From an uncultured delta proteobacterium (lineage in GTDB: Bacteria; Myxococcota; Myxococcia; Myxococcales; Anaeromyxobacteraceae), in contig CAWJSR010000029.1 of NCBI GenBank assembly GCA_963845515.1, positions 256,001-320,000 of the forward strand: a DNA stretch of 64,000 bases, given 5' to 3'. Position numbers and translations under genes: made by a program. Below the pieces are notes generated by a model. That model was not told the DNA's origin and made no database searches. It saw nothing but the letters and a program-made list of their open reading frames with translations. How positions within the stretch are numbered: the first letter of the stretch is position 1; each line of letters begins with the position of its first letter. Below, in pieces: positions 1 to 10,852 of this stretch.

Positions 1-956
1 TAGAGCGCGAGCCACCCCGCGCGCCCGAGCGCCCCCGTCCCCCCACGCAGCGAGAGGATCCTCGTGTAGACGGCGGGGAGGCCCAGCGTGCAGCCGAGCT
101 CCACCAGGTTGACGAGCAGGGCCAGCGCCGCGATCCCGGCGGCCGCCACCGGGAGGCTGGCCGCTTCGGCCACCGCGCGCATGCGCTTGAAGATCCCCGG
201 CTTCGCCGACTCGGGGATCATGAGAGACGGTCCTCGCTTGAACCAGAGCACGTCCTTGAGGTTGACGAGCCCCATCGCGACCAGGAGGCAGCCCAGGACC
301 ACGGTGAGGCCGCGCCCCGCGCCCGCGGTGGCGAAGATCCCGAGCCAGGCGCTCATGAAGACGAAGTAGACGATCCCCGACGCCGCCACGAAGATGCCGC
401 CGTACAGGGCGACGCGCCCGCGCGAGCGGGCGTGGAGCAGGATCCCGAGCAGCACGACCAGCACGTACATCGCGCAGGGGTTGATGCCGTCCACCAACCC
501 GACCGCGATCGTGAAGAGCGGAAAGGAGATCCTGCCTGCGTCCAGCTCGCCGAGCCACGGCAGCTGGATCACGCGCCGGCCGCCATCTTCGCCGACTCCT
601 GCGGCAAGCGCCGCCTCGAGCCGCGCCTCCGTGACGCCGCGCTGGAAGCCGACGATCGCCTCCCGCCCCCGGACCACGAAGGTCGGCACGCCGAGCGGCT
701 GGGCGCCGAGCCTGGTCGCCTCCGCCTTGAACCGCTCCCGCGCCACCGGATCGCCCCTCACCTCCACCCATTCGACGACGAGCCCCGGGGACCTGGCCAC
801 GAGCGCCGCCACGGCTGGACGCGCCTCCTCGCAGTGCGGACACCCCTCGCCCCAGTAGACGACGAGATCGGCCGGGGCCTGTCCGGCGCCGAGCCACCCT
901 GCGAGGAGTGCGGTGACCAGGATCACGCGGATAGCGTACGCCCACCGTGACTCCAC
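1..956 (-). CDS. Thioredoxin/glutaredoxin-like (CPHC) domain fused to DsbD/CcdA-like membrane domain; 3' end runs off the left edge
   Basis: Hand translation of minus strand (not in ORF track): VESRWAYAIRVILVTALLAGWLG...LVVYWGEGCPHCEEARP...AIAVGLVDGINPCAMYVLVVLLG...LVNLVELGCTLGLPAVYTRIL; NPC and ELGCT motifs are typical of DsbD-like TM domains. Confidence 0.75.
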   Translation of the reverse strand, partial: MESRWAYAIRVILVTALLAGWLGAGQAPADLVVYWGEGCPHCEEARPAVAALVARSPGLVVEWVEVRGDPVARERFKAEATRLGAQPLGVPTFVVRGREAIVGFQRGVTEARLEAALAAGVGEDGGRRVIQLPWLGELDAGRISFPLFTIAVGLVDGINPCAMYVLVVLLGILLHARSRGRVALYGGIFVAASGIVYFVFMSAWLGIFATAGAGRGLTVVLGCLLVAMGLVNLKDVLWFKRGPSLMIPESAKPGIFKRMRAVAEAASLPVAAAGIAALALLVNLVELGCTLGLPAVYTRILSLRGGTGALGRAGWLAL

Positions 957-1094
957 GGCCCTGCGGGCGAACGGGTCGTGCCCGTCGGGACGAAAGCCCA
1001 GGGAGTCCGGCACCCTGCCACCGACGCACCGGAGCAACACGGGAAGTGGCTTGATTTCACGTGAATTGCGTCCTCGACCACCCGTCGACAGGAC

Positions 1095-1598
1095 ATGAAC
1101 GCCACCCACCTCAACGTCCCCCGCGCCCTGCTGCTGCACTCCAATCCAGCCGCCATCCGCGCCTCCCTCGACGCGCGCGGCTTCGACGTCCTCACCGCCT
1201 CGGACGGCGCGATCGGTGTGGAGCTCCTGCTGGAGACGCTCCTGGGACTCGACGTGCTGCTGGTCGACGCCGACCTCCCGAAGAGGAACGCCGAGGGCTT
1301 CCTGTCCCTCGTGCGCGCCGCCGGGAACGAGCCCGAGCTCGGGATCGTCGTGATCGCAGACGGGCTCACGGCGGAGCGCAGGCGCGCCCTCCTCGCCAGC
1401 GGGGCCGACGTCGTCGTCGAGCGGCGCCACGGCCCGGCCGTCGTCGCAGAGGCCGCAGCGGCCGCTGCGGCGCTCTCACTGCAGCGGCGCCGGCGCGACG
1501 CGACAGGCTGTGACGGCTCCCCGCTGGAGCTGGTGCTGGACGCCGTCTGCGCGCTGGCCTCGCCCCTCGACCCCCTCCCCGCCTTCGTCATCCAGTGA
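1095..1598 (+). CDS. Single-domain response regulator (receiver) protein
   Basis: GFDVLTASDG..VLLVDADLP..GADVVV receiver pattern; SD AGGA upstream. Confidence 0.7.
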   Translation: MNATHLNVPRALLLHSNPAAIRASLDARGFDVLTASDGAIGVELLLETLLGLDVLLVDADLPKRNAEGFLSLVRAAGNEPELGIVVIADGLTAERRRALLASGADVVVERRHGPAVVAEAAAAAAALSLQRRRRDATGCDGSPLELVLDAVCALASPLDPLPAFVIQ

Positions 1599-1688
1599 CC
1601 GAATCGGTCACACCCGGGGTGGCTCATACGTGGCGCGTCGAAGCCGATCCGGATAGATCGCCATCGAGCCACCCCGGAGCCACACGCC

Positions 1689-4214
1689 ATGGATTCGAAC
1701 TCGACCGCCCCAGCGGCGCCCACCGCCGCGCCCACTCCTCCCACGCGCGATCCAGTCTGCGGCATGGAGGTGGATCCCGCGAACCCGCCGGGCGGGACCG
1801 TTCACCGGGGACGGTACGCCTACCACTTCTGCTCCGATCACTGCCGCGCGCGCTTCGAGCAGGAGCCCGAGCGCTTCTTCGCGATCGATCCGGTCTGCGG
1901 GATGGAGGTGAACCCGAAGGCGCCCAAGGGCGGCAGCCTCGAGCACGCCGGCTCCACCTACTACTTCTGCAACCCCAAGTGCCTCGCGAAGTTCAGCGCC
2001 GAGCCGGAGAGGTTCCTCGCGGCGAAGGGCGGCGCCGCGACCGCCGCGCCGCCTCCGGCCGTCCCCGCCGGCGCGAAGGTCTGGTGGATCTGCCCGATGG
2101 ACCCAGAGGTGAAGGAGGAGCAGCCGGTCCCCTGCCCGATCTGCGGCATGGCCCTGGAGCCCTTCGTCGAGGGAGGCGCGATCAGCGCCGAGGAGCCGCC
2201 GAACCCGGAGCTGGCGAACATGAGCCGCCGCTTCTGGCTCGGGCTCGCCCCGGCCGTCGCGCTCCTGGCGATCGCGATGGGGGACATGGCCACCGACATG
2301 TCCATCCGGCACGCGCTCGGCTTCCGCGTCTACTCGCTCCTCCAGCTCGCGCTCGCGACGCCGGTGGTCCTCTGGGGCGGCTGGCCTTTCTTCGAGCGAG
2401 CCTGGCTCTCGTTCCGGACCTGGAACCTCAACATGTTCACCCTCATCGGGATCGGCACCGCCGCCGCCTGGCTCTTCAGCGCCGCGGCGACCGCCCTGCC
2501 GGTGACCGCCTTCCCTGAGGCCTACCTCGACCACGGCATGCCGCCCCTCTACTACGAGTCGGCCGCAGTCATCGTCGAGCTGGTCCTGCTCGGCCAGATC
2601 CTGGAGCTGCGGGCACGTTCGCGCGTCTCCGGCGCCATCCGCGCCCTCCTCGGCCTCGCGCCAAAGACCGCGAGGCGCATCGGGTCCGACGGAAGCGAGC
2701 AGGACGTGGAGATCTCCGAGGTGCGCGCGGGCGACCGGCTCCGCGTCCGCCCCGGCGAGAAGGTCCCCGTCGACGGCGCCGTCGTGCAGGGCTCATCCTC
2801 GGTGGACGAGTCGATGGTGACGGGTGAGCCGGTGCCGGTCGAGAAGCGCGAGGGGGACAAGGTCACCGGCGCGACGATCAACGGCAACGGCGCGTTCGTG
2901 ATGCGGGCCGACCGCGTCGGCAAGGACACCCTCCTCGCGCAGATCGTCCGGATGGTCATGGACGCGCAGCGCAGCCGCGCCCCGATCCAGCGGCTCGCCG
3001 ACGTCGTCTCTGGCTGGTTCGTCCCGGGCGTGGTCCTCTCGGCAGTCCTCGCCTTCGCCGCCTGGTCGCTCTGGGGACCCGAGCCCCGCCTCGCCCACGG
3101 CCTCGTCGCCGCGGTCGCCGTCCTGATCATCGCCTGCCCCTGCGCCCTGGGGCTCGCGACGCCGATGGCCATCATGGTCGGCACCGGGCGCGGCGCAACG
3201 GCAGGCGTCCTCGTGAAGAACGCCGAGGCGCTGGAGCTGTTCGAGAAGGTGGACGTCCTGCTGGTCGACAAGACCGGCACCCTCACCGAGGGGAAGCCGC
3301 GGCTGGAGAAGGTCGTCCCCGAGCCGGGGTCCGGCCTGGACGATGCGACCCTGCTCCGGCTCGCCGCGAGCCTCGAGCGCGGCTCCGAACACCCGCTCGC
3401 CGCGGCCATCGTCGCCGGCGCCAGGGCGCGCGGCCTCACCCTCTCCGAGGTCCACGACTTCGGCGCCATCCCGGGGAAGGGGGTCGCTGGGACGGTGGAC
3501 GGACGGAGAGTGGCGCTCGGCAATCCGGCCCTCTTCACCGAGCTGGGGATCGACGCGACCGGGCTGCAGGCCCGCGCAGAGGCGCTGCGGTCCGAGGGCG
3601 GCACGGTGATGCTGGTCGCCGTGGACGGGAGGCCGGCCGGCGTCGTGGAGGCGATCGACCCGGTGAAGGGGAGCGCCGCCGACGCGGTCCGCGCGCTCCA
3701 CGCCGAGGGGATCAAGATCGTGATGGTGACGGGCGACGACTGGACCACCGCCCGGGCCGTGGCGAAGAAGCTCGGGATCGACGAGGTGGAGGCCCAGGTG
3801 CTGCCGTCGGGCAAGGCCGCGGCGGTCGCCCGGCACAAGGGGGCGGGGCGCGTGGTCGCGATGGCCGGGGACGGGATCAACGACGCACCTGCCCTGGCCG
3901 CCGCCGACGTGGGCGTCGCGATGGGGACCGGCACCGACGTGGCCATGCAGAGCGCCGGGCTGACCCTCGTGAAGGGGGACCTGCACGGCATCGTCCGCGC
4001 CCGCCGGCTCTCGCGCGCGACGATGCGCAACATCCGCCAGAACCTCTTCTGGGCGTTCGCGTACAACGCTGCCGGCGTCCCGCTCGCGGCCGGCGTCCTC
4101 TACCCGCTCACAGGCTGGCTCCTCTCGCCGATGATCGCGAGCGCCGCGATGAGCTTCAGCTCGGTCACCGTCATCACCAACGCGCTTCGGCTCCGGCGGG
4201 CGAAGCTGGGGTGA
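1689..4214 (+). CDS. copA: Cu(I)/Ag(I)-translocating P1B-type ATPase with two YHS domains and a heavy-metal binding motif
   Basis: DPVCGM..YHFCS/YYFCN YHS repeats, [48 protein letters not shown] and MSFSS Cu-ATPase motifs. Confidence 0.95.
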   Translation: MDSNSTAPAAPTAAPTPPTRDPVCGMEVDPANPPGGTVHRGRYAYHFCSDHCRARFEQEPERFFAIDPVCGMEVNPKAPKGGSLEHAGSTYYFCNPKCLAKFSAEPERFLAAKGGAATAAPPPAVPAGAKVWWICPMDPEVKEEQPVPCPICGMALEPFVEGGAISAEEPPNPELANMSRRFWLGLAPAVALLAIAMGDMATDMSIRHALGFRVYSLLQLALATPVVLWGGWPFFERAWLSFRTWNLNMFTLIGIGTAAAWLFSAAATALPVTAFPEAYLDHGMPPLYYESAAVIVELVLLGQILELRARSRVSGAIRALLGLAPKTARRIGSDGSEQDVEISEVRAGDRLRVRPGEKVPVDGAVVQGSSSVDESMVTGEPVPVEKREGDKVTGATINGNGAFVMRADRVGKDTLLAQIVRMVMDAQRSRAPIQRLADVVSGWFVPGVVLSAVLAFAAWSLWGPEPRLAHGLVAAVAVLIIACPCALGLATPMAIMVGTGRGATAGVLVKNAEALELFEKVDVLLVDKTGTLTEGKPRLEKVVPEPGSGLDDATLLRLAASLERGSEHPLAAAIVAGARARGLTLSEVHDFGAIPGKGVAGTVDGRRVALGNPALFTELGIDATGLQARAEALRSEGGTVMLVAVDGRPAGVVEAIDPVKGSAADAVRALHAEGIKIVMVTGDDWTTARAVAKKLGIDEVEAQVLPSGKAAAVARHKGAGRVVAMAGDGINDAPALAAADVGVAMGTGTDVAMQSAGLTLVKGDLHGIVRARRLSRATMRNIRQNLFWAFAYNAAGVPLAAGVLYPLTGWLLSPMIASAAMSFSSVTVITNALRLRRAKLG

Positions 4215-4232
4215 GGCAGGGGCGAGGCTTCG

Positions 4233-5090
4233 ATGACCCGAATCGACTTCCGCGGCACGCCCGCGATGCTCCTCGAGACGAGGGGCGGCGCCAGGGCCGT
4301 GGTGGCGCTCCACGGCGCCCAGCTGCTCTCGTGGACGCCTGCGGGCGGCCGCGAGTGGATCTTCCTCAGCGAACGGGCCGAGCTCACGCCAGGCAAGGCG
4401 ATCCGCGGCGGCGTCCCGATCTGCTTCCCCCAGTTCGCCGCGCTCGGCCCGCTGCAGAAGCACGGGCTCGTCCGCACGCGCTCCTGGCGAGCGGCCGGGA
4501 AGCAGATCGTCGACGGCGATCCGGTGGTCTCACTGGCGCTCGAGCCCGACGCTGAGCTGCGCGCGCTCTGGCCTCACCCCTTCCGCCTCAAGTACTCGGT
4601 GCGGCTGGGCGACGCCCGGATCCGGCTGGAGCTCTCCGTGGAGAACGCCGGCGGAACGCCGCTCTCCTTCACGGCCGCGCTGCACGGCTACTTCTCCGTC
4701 GCGGACGTCGAGGCGGTCGAGGTCTCGGGGCTGGCCGGCGTCGCGTACCGGGACGCCGCCGGCAGCGACGTGCTCCGCGTCGAGCGGGGCGACGTCGTCT
4801 CGATCCGCGGCGAGGTGGATCGCGTCTACCACTCGGTGCCGGGCGAGGTGCTGCTGCGCGAGCCTGACCGCGCGCTCGGCATCCGCGCCGAGGGCTTCCC
4901 CGACGTGGTGGTCTGGAACCCGGGCGCGGACAAGTGCGCCGCCCTCCCTGACATGGCGCCCGACGGCTGGCGAAGGATGGTCTGCCTCGAGGCGGGCGCG
5001 ATCCGGACGCCGGTCGTGCTGCCGCCGGGCGGGACATGGGTGGGCCGCCAGACCCTCGCCGCAGCCGAGGTCAGGTCGGCCGGACGGTGA
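4233..5090 (+). CDS. D-hexose-6-phosphate mutarotase (aldose 1-epimerase family)
   Basis: [51 protein letters not shown] motifs. Confidence 0.9.
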   Translation: MTRIDFRGTPAMLLETRGGARAVVALHGAQLLSWTPAGGREWIFLSERAELTPGKAIRGGVPICFPQFAALGPLQKHGLVRTRSWRAAGKQIVDGDPVVSLALEPDAELRALWPHPFRLKYSVRLGDARIRLELSVENAGGTPLSFTAALHGYFSVADVEAVEVSGLAGVAYRDAAGSDVLRVERGDVVSIRGEVDRVYHSVPGEVLLREPDRALGIRAEGFPDVVVWNPGADKCAALPDMAPDGWRRMVCLEAGAIRTPVVLPPGGTWVGRQTLAAAEVRSAGR

Positions 5091-5111
5091 GTCCAGGGCG
5101 GGGCGGCGCCG

Positions 5112-6217
5112 TCACTCGCTGGTGTCGGGCGCCCCCGCCTCCATGCGGCGGCGGACCCGGACGGGCACGTAGTTGCAGAACGGCTCCTCCTCCATGTAGT
5201 CGCCGTACACCGCATCGGCGCGGGCGCGGCAGCCGCCGCAGACGTTGATGAACTCGCACTCGCCGCACTTGCCCTTGTACGCCTTGAAGTCGCGCAGATC
5301 CTGGAAGATCTGCGAGCTTCTCCCAGATCTCCCGGAACGGCGTCTGCTTCACGTTGCCGGCGGTGCGCGTGGAAGTAGGAGCAGGGCTTGACGTTGCCGA
5401 AGCAGTCGATGAGGCAGATGGTCTGGGCGGCGATGCACCCCTTGCCGCCGCCGGTGGAGAAGGTGAGCGAGCGGCGCTCGAACTTCACCCCCTCCTCCTT
5501 CGCCCTCTGCGGCACGATCCGGTAGTAGTGCGGGGCGCAGGTGGGGCGCATGAGGATCTCGTCCTCCCGCTTCTCCTGCTGGTAGTGCCACTCGAGGATC
5601 TCCTCGTAGTCCTCCTTGGAGATCAGCTCGTTCATGATCTCCTCGCCGCGGCCGGTGGGGACGATCATGAACATGTACCAGGCGGTGGCGCCGAGGGACT
5701 TGGCGAGCCTGAACGTGTCGGCGATGTCGCGCCTGGTTGCGCTTGGTGAAGGAGGAGTTGATCGAGGAACTTCTGGCCGTGCTTCCGGAAGAACGCGGCG
5801 GCGCGCACCACGCCGTCGAAGGCGCCCGGGCACTGCGCGGAAGTCGTCGTGGATCGCCGGCGGTCGAGCCGTCGAGCGAGAGGGACACCATCTTGATGTC
5901 GGCCTTCCTCATCTTCTCGCAGACCTCGTCGTCGACGCAGCGACGCCGTTGGTCGCCATGCACATGCGCAGCCCCAGCGAGGTGCCGTACTCCGCCAGCT
6001 CGAAGATGTCGGGCGCAGCAGCGGCTCGCCGCCGGAGAGCACGACGACCGGCTTGGAGAACTCGGCGATCTCGGTCGAGGAGGCGCTTCCCCTCGTCGGT
6101 GGTGAAGTCCCCCTCGGAGGAGGTCATCTCCGACGAGCAGCGGCAGTGTACGCACTTGAGGTTGCAGTTCTGGGTGGTTTCCCAGGCGATCCACTTCGGA
6201 ATGAATTCCTGTGACAC
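5112..6217 (-). CDS. Radical SAM/SPASM protein, NirJ/AhbD-like (heme biosynthesis); broken by many frameshifts in this sequence
   Basis: Fragments in several frames join into [100 protein letters not shown] at 6217, TGA at 5112. Confidence 0.8.
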
Positions 6218-6371
6218 GAGCACTCTCGCTGGTTGGGTGACCCACGGATCCCACCCGAATGCCGCGGCGAGCACAAGCCGCTTCCTGCGCAGGTCGCTGC
6301 CTTGCCCGCGTCCTCCTCTGTTGACGCGGCAGGCGGACGCACGTAGGGGGGCCGGCGGCGCTCGCTCCCGA

Positions 6372-7568
6372 TCAGTACGCGACGAGCGGCCCCGACCCCA
6401 GCGTGCTGTGGCGCCCCTCCAGGCCGAGGTAGACGTCGCGCCCGAGGTGGAATGGCAGCCCCCAGTCGAAGGCGCTCGCGGCAGGCAGCGGTCCGCCAAC
6501 CTGCGGCGAGACGTTGACGCTGGCCGCGAGGGCTTCGATGCTGGCGATCTGGAAGGTCAAGGAGCTCGACGGCGTGCCATTCGGTCCGGAGTTGTCCGCC
6601 GCGAGCGTCACGGTCGAGGCGGGGCAGTACCAGCCGGAGTTCGGCGCGGAGCAGGCCACCAGCCCCGAGCCGCTGGGCGCCGGGAAGAACAGGCCGTTGG
6701 AGCCGGTGTCGGCGAAGGCGGCCAGGGTGACGCCTCCGAGCGTGGTGCGGAACTCCCCCGCCGAGTCGAGCGGATAGGTCAGCACGGACGCGGGCGGGGC
6801 GTTGTTGCTGCGCGTGCCGATCCCGAGGATCAGCGCGCCCTCCACCGCGACGGTCCCAGCCGCGGGAACGCCCGGCAGCCGCACCACTACCCCGTTGTTG
6901 TCGAGCGGAAGGGCGGCCACGGGGTTCCGCACCTGGGCCGACGTCGGGAGGGCGGTGCCGCTGCAGCCAGCGGCGCCGCATGCGAAGTAGATGCCGTTGT
7001 TCGTGCTGGTGCAGGCGGTCCCGCAGTCCTGCACGAAGGTGGCGACACCGAGGATGCCGTTGAACCCGGCCGCGGACGGGCTCGGATCGGCGCCAGCGCA
7101 GGTGGACGGTGGGCTGGAGTAGGAGGCGTCGATGAGCTGGATCGGTACCCGAACGGCCGGCTCCCCTCCCATGACGACGTCGGCCGTCACCACCGGGCCC
7201 CACTGGGACGAGCCATCCAGGTAGGTGACGCACTCCGCCACGTCGACTCCCCCCGCCGTCACCGACGGCAGGGACAGGCTCAGGACCTGGGAGAAGACGC
7301 GCAGGCCGGTGCTGCCGGTGTCGAGGAGCAGGTCGCGGATGGTCTGGCAGGTGGCCGTGCCTGGCTCACACACGGTCACGCTGACGCAGGGCTTGTTGAG
7401 GTACGAGCCGGCCGAGCAGCCGCCACCGTTGACGCTCACCGGCAGGACGTTGGGCTGCCCCGTGGTGTCGACCGGCGGCGGGAGCGGCGACGGGGAGGAG
7501 GAGCCACCGCCGCAGGCCGCCACCAGGAGCGTGAGCGCGGCCAGAGCCCTCGGGTCACTGGACGTCAT
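6372..7568 (-). CDS. DUF3443-family lipoprotein with two DTGS motifs (pepsin-like)
   Basis: Lipobox LVAAC; N.PCVSVTVC.PG...CQTI..LLLDTGS.GLR, C..YLDG..WGPV, NGILGV, NPVAALP.DNNG, GIGT.SNN, FADTGSNG, FDWGLPFHLGRDVY. Confidence 0.85.
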   Translation of the reverse strand: MTSSDPRALAALTLLVAACGGGSSSPSPLPPPVDTTGQPNVLPVSVNGGGCSAGSYLNKPCVSVTVCEPGTATCQTIRDLLLDTGSTGLRVFSQVLSLSLPSVTAGGVDVAECVTYLDGSSQWGPVVTADVVMGGEPAVRVPIQLIDASYSSPPSTCAGADPSPSAAGFNGILGVATFVQDCGTACTSTNNGIYFACGAAGCSGTALPTSAQVRNPVAALPLDNNGVVVRLPGVPAAGTVAVEGALILGIGTRSNNAPPASVLTYPLDSAGEFRTTLGGVTLAAFADTGSNGLFFPAPSGSGLVACSAPNSGWYCPASTVTLAADNSGPNGTPSSSLTFQIASIEALAASVNVSPQVGGPLPAASAFDWGLPFHLGRDVYLGLEGRHSTLGSGPLVAY

Positions 7569-8022
7569 CGAGGTTCGCTCCGGGTGGAGTCAGGGCCGGG
7601 AGATAGGCGCGGCCGTGAAGGGAGCGGCCGTGCCCCCACGTCTCCACCACGACCCGCCCCGTCTCCACGCGTCGGGGGTGCCGCCCCGTTGGCTCACGCG
7701 TCGCCGCCCGAGCGAACTCGTCGAAGTAGGACCCGAGCAGCGGCACCAGATCCGGCCGGGTCAGCCCGCTCCAGGCGACGGCGAAGACGGTGCCTGACGG
7801 GGTGACGTACTCACGAACGCTCACCGTGGGCGAGCGCAGCTCGTGCACACCCATCCCGCCCCTGGCAGTCACCGGCTCGGCCGCCATCCCCAGGGCCTCG
7901 CGATCCCTGTCCACCGAAGACGCGGGCTCACCGAGCGCCGCACCGGCCGGCCGGCAAAGGCAGAGGAGCGCCAGCACGGGTGCCATGCCGGAGAGCCGCG
8001 CGAGTCGTGCCACTGCGATCAC
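7555..8022 (-). CDS. DUF2844-family secreted protein
   Basis: Signal peptide then AALG; VREYVTPSGTVFAVAWSG..PDL..LLGSYF; GRAYLP; usual partner of DUF3443. Confidence 0.8.
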   Translation of the reverse strand: MIAVARLARLSGMAPVLALLCLCRPAGAALGEPASSVDRDREALGMAAEPVTARGGMGVHELRSPTVSVREYVTPSGTVFAVAWSGLTRPDLVPLLGSYFDEFARAATREPTGRHPRRVETGRVVVETWGHGRSLHGRAYLPALTPPGANLDDVQ

Positions 8023-8078
8023 GTGCGAGTGCTAACCGTCCGGCAGCCCCTTTGCACCCGCACGGCCCATCAGGAGAC

Positions 8079-9422
8079 CTACGCCTGCGTGAGCTCGATC
8101 CGCCGCCACGCGCCGCTCTGGAACCTGAGCAGGAGCACGAGCGCCAGCACGAACAGGTAGAAGACGAACCACGCGACCGCCACGGTGTCCCCGGCGCCCA
8201 TCAGCCGCACGGAGATCCAGCTCCCCGGCGCCCAGATCACCCAGGCCACGACGATGCGCACCCACATCGTGAAGACGGTGTCCCCTGCGGCCCGCAGCGC
8301 CTCGGTGAGGACGCTCGCCGCCGCGTCGAAGAGCTGCCACGCCGCCGACATCACGAGCATCCGGCGCCCCGCCGCCAGGAACTCCGCGGCGGACGACGGC
8401 TCCTGCGCGAAGACCGCGAGGAACAGCCCTGGTGCTGTGAGGTAGGCGAGCGCCACGAGCGACTCCCAGGTCGCCGCGACCGCGAAGGTGAGCCAGACGA
8501 TCCCGGGCACCCCGTCCCGCCGCGACGCGCCGATCGACTGCCCCACCAGGATCGCCCCGGCGCTCGCCAGCGCGAAGGCCGGCATGAACGCGACCGAGTT
8601 GATCTGCATGACGGTCATCAGGGCCGCGAGCGCGGTGGTGCCGAGCCCAGCGACGACGACGTTCACGAAGAAGGCGAAGGCTGCGAACTCGATGAACCAG
8701 GTGAAGCCGGACGGCAGCCCGAAGCGCAGGACGCCCCGAAGCTCGCTCCAGCGCAGCCGACCGCTCGCAGGGGCCCCGCGCTCGCTGGCGAAGACGGCGA
8801 GCATCCAGGCGAACGCCGCGGTCGTCGCGAGGGTGCTCGCGAGCGCCGCGCCGCGCACTCCCATCGCCGGCATGCCGAGCCGCCCCCCGATGAAGAGCCA
8901 GTTCCCGAGGACGTTCAGGATCATCGCGACCACGCTCGCGCGCATCTGGATGCGCGTGTTGCCCAGCCCGCCGTAGTAGCTGCCGAGCGCCTCCATCCCG
9001 ACGACCGCCCCCGCCGACAGGAGCCGCATGGCGAGGTACCCCTCCATCGCCGCCCGCAGGTCGGGCGCGAACTGGAGCTGGGCAAGCAGCGCGGGCACGA
9101 ACGGAATCGTCAGCAGGGCGAAGAGCTGGGTGACCGCCGCGATCGCGAGCCCGTACCAGCCGTAGCGGCGCGCCCCGCCGAGGTCCCCCTTCCCGAAGAG
9201 CTGGGAGGAGAAGCTCGCGACGATGAAGACCGTCCCCATCGGCAGAATGAAGAGGGCGAACGCGTTGATCGCACCGGTCGTCGTGGCGGCCAGCGCCGCC
9301 GCGCCGAGTGGCGCCACCATCACCGCGTCGGCGACGCCGACGACCACCTGAGACGACCGCGAGACGACGATCGGCCAGGCGAGCGCGAGGAGCGTCCTGA
9401 GCCTCTCCGCCCGGCTCGTCAT
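8079..9422 (-). CDS. MATE family efflux transporter
   Basis: LAWPIVV..D..MV..LG..ALAA, GLGNTR, LRFGLP, VGQ.IGA, ALRAAGDT; about 12 TM; SD GGAGG before ATG 9422 (alternative start 9461). Confidence 0.9.
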   Translation of the reverse strand: MTSRAERLRTLLALAWPIVVSRSSQVVVGVADAVMVAPLGAAALAATTTGAINAFALFILPMGTVFIVASFSSQLFGKGDLGGARRYGWYGLAIAAVTQLFALLTIPFVPALLAQLQFAPDLRAAMEGYLAMRLLSAGAVVGMEALGSYYGGLGNTRIQMRASVVAMILNVLGNWLFIGGRLGMPAMGVRGAALASTLATTAAFAWMLAVFASERGAPASGRLRWSELRGVLRFGLPSGFTWFIEFAAFAFFVNVVVAGLGTTALAALMTVMQINSVAFMPAFALASAGAILVGQSIGASRRDGVPGIVWLTFAVAATWESLVALAYLTAPGLFLAVFAQEPSSAAEFLAAGRRMLVMSAAWQLFDAAASVLTEALRAAGDTVFTMWVRIVVAWVIWAPGSWISVRLMGAGDTVAVAWFVFYLFVLALVLLLRFQSGAWRRIELTQA

Positions 9423-9514
9423 CGCCGCCCCTCCGGCACCCGGCTCCGGCACGTCGCGCATTCGTCAGCGATGAATAACCCGGCCCACGGCAGCGCGCGA
9501 GCCAGCGCGAGGGG

Positions 9515-10096
9515 CTACGCCCCGCGCTGATCCACCCACCTCTCGACCGCGGGCGGCTTCCAGGCCGCGAAGCGGTCGAGGAGCGCGTCCGGGTCGGTCT
9601 CGACGATCACCAGCTCGCGGTGGAGCGGGCTCACGAACCCCTCGCTGACGGCGTGATCGAGGAAGGAGACGAGCGGCCGGTAGTAGCCCTTCACGTCGAG
9701 CAGCCCGCAGGGGCGGGCGTGGATCCCGAGCTGCGCCCAGGTCACGATCTCGGCGAACTCCTCCAGCGTGCCGAGCCCGCCTGGGAGCGCGATGAAGCCC
9801 TGCGACAGCTCGGCCATCTTCGCCTTCCGCTCGTGCATCGAGCCGGTGACGTGGAGGCTCGTGAGGTTCACGTGCGCCAGCTCGCGGAGCTGCAGCGCCT
9901 TCGGGATGACGCCGATGACCTTCCCGCCGGCCGCGAGCGTCGCGTTGGCGACCGTCCCCATGAGCCCTATCGTCCCACCGCCATAGACGAGCTCGATGCC
10001 GCGCCGCGCGAGCGTCCCCCCGAGCCCCTTCGCCGCGTCGGCGTAGGCAGGGTCCTTCCCGCTGGACGAGCCACAGAACACACAGATGCGCTTCAT
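9515..10096 (-). CDS. LOG family (TIGR00730) nucleotide monophosphate phosphoribohydrolase
   Basis: ICVFCGSS, LVYGGG..GLMG, MHERK, PGGLGTLEE motifs. Confidence 0.92.
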   Translation of the reverse strand: MKRICVFCGSSSGKDPAYADAAKGLGGTLARRGIELVYGGGTIGLMGTVANATLAAGGKVIGVIPKALQLRELAHVNLTSLHVTGSMHERKAKMAELSQGFIALPGGLGTLEEFAEIVTWAQLGIHARPCGLLDVKGYYRPLVSFLDHAVSEGFVSPLHRELVIVETDPDALLDRFAAWKPPAVERWVDQRGA

Positions 10097-10123
10097 CGGC
10101 CGGGACCTCGCTTCGAAGAGTCC

Positions 10124-10840
10124 TCAACCCAGGTAGGCCGTCAGCACCCGCTCGTTCCGGCTCAGCTGGGCAGGCGTCCCCTCTACCACGATCCGGCCGC
10201 GCTCCATGACGTAGGCGTAGTCCGCGACCTCGAGGGCGGTCCGGGCGAACTGCTCCACCAGGAGCATCGTCATCCCCTCCTCCTTCAGCCGCCTTATGGT
10301 GCGGAAGACCTCCTGGACGATGACCGGTGCCAGCCCCATCGACGGCTCGTCGAGCAGCATCACCTTGGGGTCGGCCATCAGCGCCCGGCCTATTGCCAGC
10401 ATCTGCTGCTCGCCCCCAGAGAGGGTCCCTGCCAGCTGGTGACGGCGCTCGGCGAGCTTCGGGAAGAGCCCGTAGACCCGCTCGAGCCCGGGCGCAGCCT
10501 GGCGTCGGAACCCGAAGAAGTGAGGAAGCCGTCGGAAGGCCCCCAGGAGCAGGTTGTCCTCCGTCGTCAGGGGCGCGAAGACCTTCCTCCCCTCCGGCGA
10601 GTGCGCGAGCCCCAGCCGCGCGATCTTCGCGGCCCCCAGGCCATGCACGGCCACCCCGTCGAGCCACACCTCGCCCCGGCTCGGCGCAACGAGGCCGGAG
10701 ATGGCCCGCATGGTCGTGGTCTTGCCGGCCCCGTTCGCGCCGATGAGCGCGACCACCGTCCCGCTCTTCACCTCGAGCGAGGTGCCGGCGAGGACCTCGG
10801 AGAGGCCGTAACCCGCGTAGATGTCCTTCACCGAGAGCAT
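10124..10840 (-). CDS. livF: Branched-chain amino acid-type ABC transporter ATP-binding protein
   Basis: GANGAGKTT, PEGRKVF, LSGGEQQMLAIGRALM, LLDEPSMGLAP. Confidence 0.93.
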   Translation of the reverse strand: MLSVKDIYAGYGLSEVLAGTSLEVKSGTVVALIGANGAGKTTTMRAISGLVAPSRGEVWLDGVAVHGLGAAKIARLGLAHSPEGRKVFAPLTTEDNLLLGAFRRLPHFFGFRRQAAPGLERVYGLFPKLAERRHQLAGTLSGGEQQMLAIGRALMADPKVMLLDEPSMGLAPVIVQEVFRTIRRLKEEGMTMLLVEQFARTALEVADYAYVMERGRIVVEGTPAQLSRNERVLTAYLG

Positions 10841-10852
10841 GCGCCTCCCTCC

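Noticed and set aside
8027..8035. GAGTGCTAA, half of a CIRCE element
   Set aside because: The matching TTAGCACTC arm 9 nt away is absent.
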